Positions 59,815 through 64,000 of a DNA stretch of 64,000 nucleotides are shown in pieces. This stretch comes from a virus (taxonomy: Duplodnaviria; Heunggongvirae; Uroviricota; Caudoviricetes): positions 32,001-96,000 of the IMG/VR virus record IMGVR_UViG_3300021400_000141. One strand, written 5' to 3'. The notes under the pieces are model-generated. The model saw only the letters and a list, made by a program, of their open reading frames with translations. It did no database searches and was not told the origin of the DNA. Position 1 is the stretch's first letter. Each line of letters opens with the position of its first letter. A program made the translations under genes and the position numbers.

Positions 59815-61065
59815 TTACCCGTGGGTGAGGCGCCAGTCAAGTTCGCACTTCAAGCGGTCTACATACGCGGCATCACGGCACATGAGCTTTCCTTCGGTGT
59901 CGGAAATCTTTGCAACAGGGCGACCGTTGCATTCGATGAGCTTCATGACCTGATTCAACGGTTCCAGACCGCAGTCGTTGGACAGGTAGGTTCCGATACC
60001 GAAGCCGACTTTCGCACGTTCATGGAAGTAGTCGTACAGCTTCGTTGCACGTTCGAAATCGAGGGAGTCGGAGAAGAGCAGGGTCTTCTGCAGCGGGTCG
60101 CCACCACGTTCCTTGATTGCGTCAATCATCTTGTCGCCCCACACATACGGGTCGCCAGAGTCGTGACGGAAACCGTCCCAGACACGGACATCGTTGCGGG
60201 TGAGGTCTTTCAGGAAGACATCGGTACGAACGCAGTCGGTAAGGTAGATACCGTTGCGGCCCTGATACTGCCTCTGCCAAGCATCCATCATGAGACGGTT
60301 GGAGTAGGCAGGGTTGTACATCGGGTTGCCCTGACCGATTGCTTCGATGGCTTCGTGGGCGATGGTTCCGATGAGCTTGACACCGTACTTCAAAGCGAGG
60401 TACACATTGGATGTGCCGAGGAAGACAGAATCACCGAAGACACCACTCTTCTGTGCGGTTGCCAATGCACGGATGAGGTAATCCTGAACCTTGCGGGAGA
60501 AACGACGGCGGAGACCGAATTCGGAGAATGCACCGAGACGATACTTGCCGCTTGCAATCATGTCAACCTTCTGGTCGATACGACGCATTGCTTCGGCTTC
60601 GAGTTCAGCGTGGTTCGGATTGTGGTTGTAGAAGTAGACTTCGTTCACGATGGCGAGGACGTAGATTTCGTAGAACGTATTCACCATAAGAGGGTCGAAA
60701 TCACCACCCGCTTCAATAATCATGTGGGACGGGTCGTTTTCGACGTAAGACACACGAACCTGGCTACGGTCGAGACGGAGCAGCGACAGGAAATACCTGT
60801 AAGCAGGGGTGAGCCAAGTGGCTTCCTTCATGATAGCGTCAATTTCTTCACGGGTCAGCGTGAGGCTGCAGAGGTGGTCGAGCTGACGGTTGATTTCCGC
60901 CACATCTTCCTTCGTGAACTGCACGATGCTTCCATCCTTGCGTTTGCGGCACTTGTAGGCCCACTTGGCGGTGTAGTCGCTGTACTGGGTGAAGTAGAGG
61001 TTGTCCATGTTGAACTTGTAGAGGTCTGTCTCAAGCAGACTTTCTATGCACCAATGGTCGAGCAT
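59815..61065 (-). CDS. pncB: nicotinate phosphoribosyltransferase
   Basis: TDLYKFNM, EFGLRRRFS, GTSNV, GTIAHE (phospho-His), RHDSGDP, FSDSL, FGIGT, KISD. Confidence 0.92.
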   Translation of the reverse strand: MLDHWCIESLLETDLYKFNMDNLYFTQYSDYTAKWAYKCRKRKDGSIVQFTKEDVAEINRQLDHLCSLTLTREEIDAIMKEATWLTPAYRYFLSLLRLDRSQVRVSYVENDPSHMIIEAGGDFDPLMVNTFYEIYVLAIVNEVYFYNHNPNHAELEAEAMRRIDQKVDMIASGKYRLGAFSEFGLRRRFSRKVQDYLIRALATAQKSGVFGDSVFLGTSNVYLALKYGVKLIGTIAHEAIEAIGQGNPMYNPAYSNRLMMDAWQRQYQGRNGIYLTDCVRTDVFLKDLTRNDVRVWDGFRHDSGDPYVWGDKMIDAIKERGGDPLQKTLLFSDSLDFERATKLYDYFHERAKVGFGIGTYLSNDCGLEPLNQVMKLIECNGRPVAKISDTEGKLMCRDAAYVDRLKCELDWRLTHG

Positions 61066-61080
61066 ATTGTTACCTTCCTT

Positions 61081-62139
61081 TTAGAATCTCGGTTCAAGTC
61101 CGAGCATATTTAAGATGATTTTCTTGTGGTCTGCGTGGAACAGATTTTCGGCAGAGCTGCACACCTCGCTCAATTTGAGCCAAGTTGCACTTGCCGCATC
61201 ATCCTGACCGACGACCTTGGGGAGTCTCGGGTACTGAACGCCGTCAGTTCCGAGCACATACTTCGGGTTGATACGGTACAGGAACGCCGTAGTTTCCGCA
61301 TTGACACGGTCGCTAGAACGGGGGTCACGGAACGGAGCGTCGAAATTCTTCGATGCTGCTGGTGTCCAGTCGGACGAATCCAATCCAGTTTCCTCCATCA
61401 GTTCACGCTCGGCTGCCTTCTGTGCAGAAAGGTCGGTCGGGTCCTGGAAACCGCCAGGGAGGGCGTACTTGCCGTTATCCTTGCGGACAACGAACAGGAT
61501 GTGACCAGCGCAAAGAACAATGTTGTCCACGGTCTTGTACACAGAAGAATACTTCGGGTTCAAATCCTTGATATACTTCTGCTGCAGATTGTAGGTACTT
61601 ACAATTTCATCCTTGATTTTGGCAAACAATTCCTCGTTGGCAAAAATACCTGCGGGAAGGTTCGCTTTCAGGAACTCGGTATCATTTTCCGCAAAAGCCC
61701 GACGGATGTCTGTCGCATGGACATGGACATTTTCCGTTGCCTGCCAGAACGGTGTACCGACAAGGTTTGCGTAATCCTTGATGTATTCCATTCCGCAGAG
61801 GATGTTGTTTTCCATGTTGGCAGAATAGGAACTCAGGGAAGCCTGAAGCCATTTGCCGAACATCGTCCAGTTGTACGGGGAATCTCGGAGGGTTTCGATA
61901 AAGATGTGAGTGCGGACACCAGCCTTGTTGACAACTTCGTCGTTATCAAGGACGTTCTGAATCATGTCGTAACGGCTTGCCGAGTCAATCGGGTTTCTTG
62001 GGCTGCCAGAACCCGTGGAGCCGAGAACGAGGATGATACGGTCATACGTTTTGTCCATCTTGTCGATAATCTGATGGAGAACGTCGAGGTGTCCATTGTG
62101 GAACGGCTGGAACCTGCCGATGTAGACCCAATTCTTCAT
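61081..62139 (-). CDS. nadM: bifunctional (Na)MN adenylyltransferase / Nudix hydrolase
   Basis: IGRFQPFHNGH (HxGH) plus Nudix box LPGGF...AAERELMEETGL, RDPR, GQDDA; start reassigned to MKNWV. Confidence 0.9.
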   Translation of the reverse strand: MKNWVYIGRFQPFHNGHLDVLHQIIDKMDKTYDRIILVLGSTGSGSPRNPIDSASRYDMIQNVLDNDEVVNKAGVRTHIFIETLRDSPYNWTMFGKWLQASLSSYSANMENNILCGMEYIKDYANLVGTPFWQATENVHVHATDIRRAFAENDTEFLKANLPAGIFANEELFAKIKDEIVSTYNLQQKYIKDLNPKYSSVYKTVDNIVLCAGHILFVVRKDNGKYALPGGFQDPTDLSAQKAAERELMEETGLDSSDWTPAASKNFDAPFRDPRSSDRVNAETTAFLYRINPKYVLGTDGVQYPRLPKVVGQDDAASATWLKLSEVCSSAENLFHADHKKIILNMLGLEPRF

Positions 62140-62594
62140 TACTTGCCTGCCTTTGCTAGCAACGCCTTGATGACAAGCTGGCTTGCAGCCTTGCCGTCGA
62201 AACGACCCTTGATTATGGGGGTAAGGATTTTCATGACCTTGCCCATATCCTTCTGTTCGCAAGCGCCAGTTGCGTCGATAGCCTTTGCGATTTCGGCAAC
62301 AACTTCGTCTTCGGACATCTGTGCGGGCATGTACTGCTTGTAGAGTTCGAGCGTCTTCTTCTCTTCGTCGGCACGGTCGGTCTTTCCAGCCTTGACATAG
62401 CCTTCGATGGTTTCATTCTTCTGCTTGATAGCCTTGTCGAGAACGGCAATACACATGGCGTCGTCAACAGGTTTCTGTGCCGAGATTGCGGCATTCTTGA
62501 TGTCGGAAACGAGCGTACGGAGGGCAGTCAGAGCCACCGTGTCGTGGGCCTTCATCAGTTCGGTGATTTTTGTGTTTAGTGTATCTAGCAGCAT
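62139..62594 (-). CDS. GatB/YqeY domain protein
   Basis: MKA.D...L..LR...S.IKN, Y..AG..D.A..E, YMP.QMS..E, KDMGKVM, GRFDGK. Confidence 0.9.
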   Translation of the reverse strand: MLLDTLNTKITELMKAHDTVALTALRTLVSDIKNAAISAQKPVDDAMCIAVLDKAIKQKNETIEGYVKAGKTDRADEEKKTLELYKQYMPAQMSEDEVVAEIAKAIDATGACEQKDMGKVMKILTPIIKGRFDGKAASQLVIKALLAKAGK

Positions 62595-62606
62595 AATGCT
62601 TCCTTG

Positions 62607-63152
62607 TTAGATGATTTTAATTTGCTTTGCTTCCATTGCGAGGAGGGCTGCACGGTGATGCTGTTCGTCAAGGTCGAGGCAGCAATCCCTGTACACGCCG
62701 ACGAGGGCTTCTGGGAATGCGGTCTTGACACCGTTGGCATTGCTGTCAACGCAGATGCTCGTCACGGTTCCTGCGAGGTAGACTTCGGTAGGCGGAACTT
62801 CGATACCAGCATAGGTTTCGTGGTCGCCCAAAATTGCCGCCCAGTACGGGAAGCCAAAAGTGTTCTTGTCGATTACGTTGTTTTCGGTAACGTAGTCACG
62901 GAGTTCGGGGATAATTTCCCAACCAGGAGTTCCCTTGATGCAGTGCGGAACAGGCAAGTTCTTGCCTTCCTGCGTTTCAAGATAGTTTGCGGAATGCGTG
63001 TCACGGGTGAACCAGATTTTGCCGTCAAATTCCTTGATGAGCTTGAGAATGTTCTGGATGACATTCTTGGCCCAGTCCTTGTTCGGGTTTGCGAGGGCGC
63101 CTGTAATGAAATCGACCTGCATATCGACGATGATTAGGTTCTTATTTTTCAT
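62607..63152 (-). CDS. pncA: nicotinamidase (cysteine hydrolase family)
   Basis: VDMQVDF, RDTH, PHCIKGTPGW, DKNTFG, TSICV (Asp-Lys-Cys triad and metal ligands); CAGGAG RBS; in an operon with nadM and pncB. Confidence 0.85.
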   Translation of the reverse strand: MKNKNLIIVDMQVDFITGALANPNKDWAKNVIQNILKLIKEFDGKIWFTRDTHSANYLETQEGKNLPVPHCIKGTPGWEIIPELRDYVTENNVIDKNTFGFPYWAAILGDHETYAGIEVPPTEVYLAGTVTSICVDSNANGVKTAFPEALVGVYRDCCLDLDEQHHRAALLAMEAKQIKII

Positions 63153-63185
63153 AAAGAAATCTCCTGTATTGGTTGTACAGGAGAA

Positions 63186-63214
63186 AATATAGAACATTAA
63201 ACCAAAGCTGTCAA
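63186..63214 (-). promoter_or_regulatory. sigma70-type promoter of the pncA operon
   Basis: TTGACA-N17-TATATT. Confidence 0.85.
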
Positions 63215-63358
63215 GACCGATTTTTCCATTTTTTGAAATTAGATACCATCCAAGAGAAAAATCTGCAAACTAATTTAAATAAGCAGTTCAATCCAGCAGT
63301 ACACAAAAGTACGATAATAGCACCGATAACACCAAGAACAATGGAAAAAATCAAGCCG

Positions 63359-63925
63359 CTAACTGAAACTACCATCCAAATTACCCTCCATTTCCTTCAA
63401 CTGGATTTCGTGAAGAACCACCTTCCCCTCGACAATACTCTTCGGAACGTCGATAATACGCTGATTGGACGAACCCCTGAATGTCAGGCTCAAATCCCGC
63501 AAATCCTTCAAATACGGGCCGTCAATCAAGATGTCGGTGTAGGTCAACAACTCCTTCATCGCAGGATGGGCAAACTTGGACATCAGCATTTCGTAACGGT
63601 AGCCAGTGAAGACCACGAGGTGCAGTCTACGCATTTTGACACCAAGTACGAAAGGCAGAAGCTGAACCGCCTGTTCCATCGGGTCGCCGCCACTGAGGGT
63701 GACTCCGCTCAACAGAGGGTTCGCATCGACCATTTTCAACAGGCTGTCTGCAGTCTCGACTTGCCCCTTCCCAAAAGCATGCGTCTCGGGATTTTGACAT
63801 TCGGGACAATGATGGCTGCAACCCTGAGTGAAGACAACGAAGCGGATACCAGGACCGTCAACGAACGATTCCTGCTCGATTCCAGCTATTCTCAAATTTT
63901 CGTCTTCACTCATGTACATAATCAA
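63359..63925 (-). CDS. nrdG: anaerobic ribonucleotide reductase activating protein (radical SAM)
   Basis: SFVDGPGIRFVVFTQGCSHHCPECQNP, LSGGDP, DILIDGPY, FRGSSNQR. Confidence 0.92.
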   Translation of the reverse strand: MIMYMSEDENLRIAGIEQESFVDGPGIRFVVFTQGCSHHCPECQNPETHAFGKGQVETADSLLKMVDANPLLSGVTLSGGDPMEQAVQLLPFVLGVKMRRLHLVVFTGYRYEMLMSKFAHPAMKELLTYTDILIDGPYLKDLRDLSLTFRGSSNQRIIDVPKSIVEGKVVLHEIQLKEMEGNLDGSFS

Positions 63926-64000
63926 TAACCATTACATTGGGTTGAAACGCTGCAAAAGTTTCGCCACATACCCTTCCCAGTTTATCGGTTCAAAGATGAC

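Noticed and set aside
59815-61065. NARP1 Namat or NARP2 NadV identity for the PRTase
   Set aside because: Motifs (GTIAHE, EFGLRRRFS, FSDSL) and neighbours pncA and nadE fit nicotinate PRTase; no Adps/PRS-like gene in the window
59821-62343. Long + strand ORFs (430 aa and 405 aa)
   Set aside because: In-register antisense shadows of pncB and nadM, with no motifs and atypical composition
63173-63928. 251-aa + strand ORF
   Set aside because: Antisense shadow of nrdG
1-64000. Stop-codon reassignment
   Set aside because: Conserved enzymes are full length in code 11, and TAA, TAG and TGA all end genes at sensible boundaries

Overview
This 64 kb window looks like part of a large lytic dsDNA (jumbo, T4-like) phage genome read in the standard genetic code. 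It has dense, mostly short hypothetical genes, a family B DNA polymerase, a CCA-adding/HD enzyme, a MoxR-like AAA+ ATPase with two VWA proteins, six polysaccharide-type genes (four glycosyltransferase-like, a TupA-like ATP-grasp ligase, DUF1919), a SemiSWEET/PQ-loop transporter and NrdG. Two promoter classes are visible: 11 copies of TTG(A/C)CA-N17-TATATT (host sigma70-type, presumably early) and 8 copies of TATAAACT (T4-late-like). Main findings: (1) a complete deamidating NAD+ salvage route (PncA, PncB, NadM-Nudix, NadE) interleaved with macrodomain, SLOG and NADAR genes, different from the described phage NARP1/NARP2 pathways; (2) TATAAACT-driven proteins that share a ~33-aa motif ending in hydrophobic-x-Glu, likely head-packaged and injected cargo, including an ADP-ribosyltransferase-like, a SPOR-domain and a membrane protein; (3) a nuclease-less terminase ATPase fragment lacking the Walker A lysine and a possible capsid-protein fragment, both candidate immune decoys. 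All calls come from motif recognition by eye; no searches were run. I saw no tRNA, rRNA, CRISPR array, integrase or intein.
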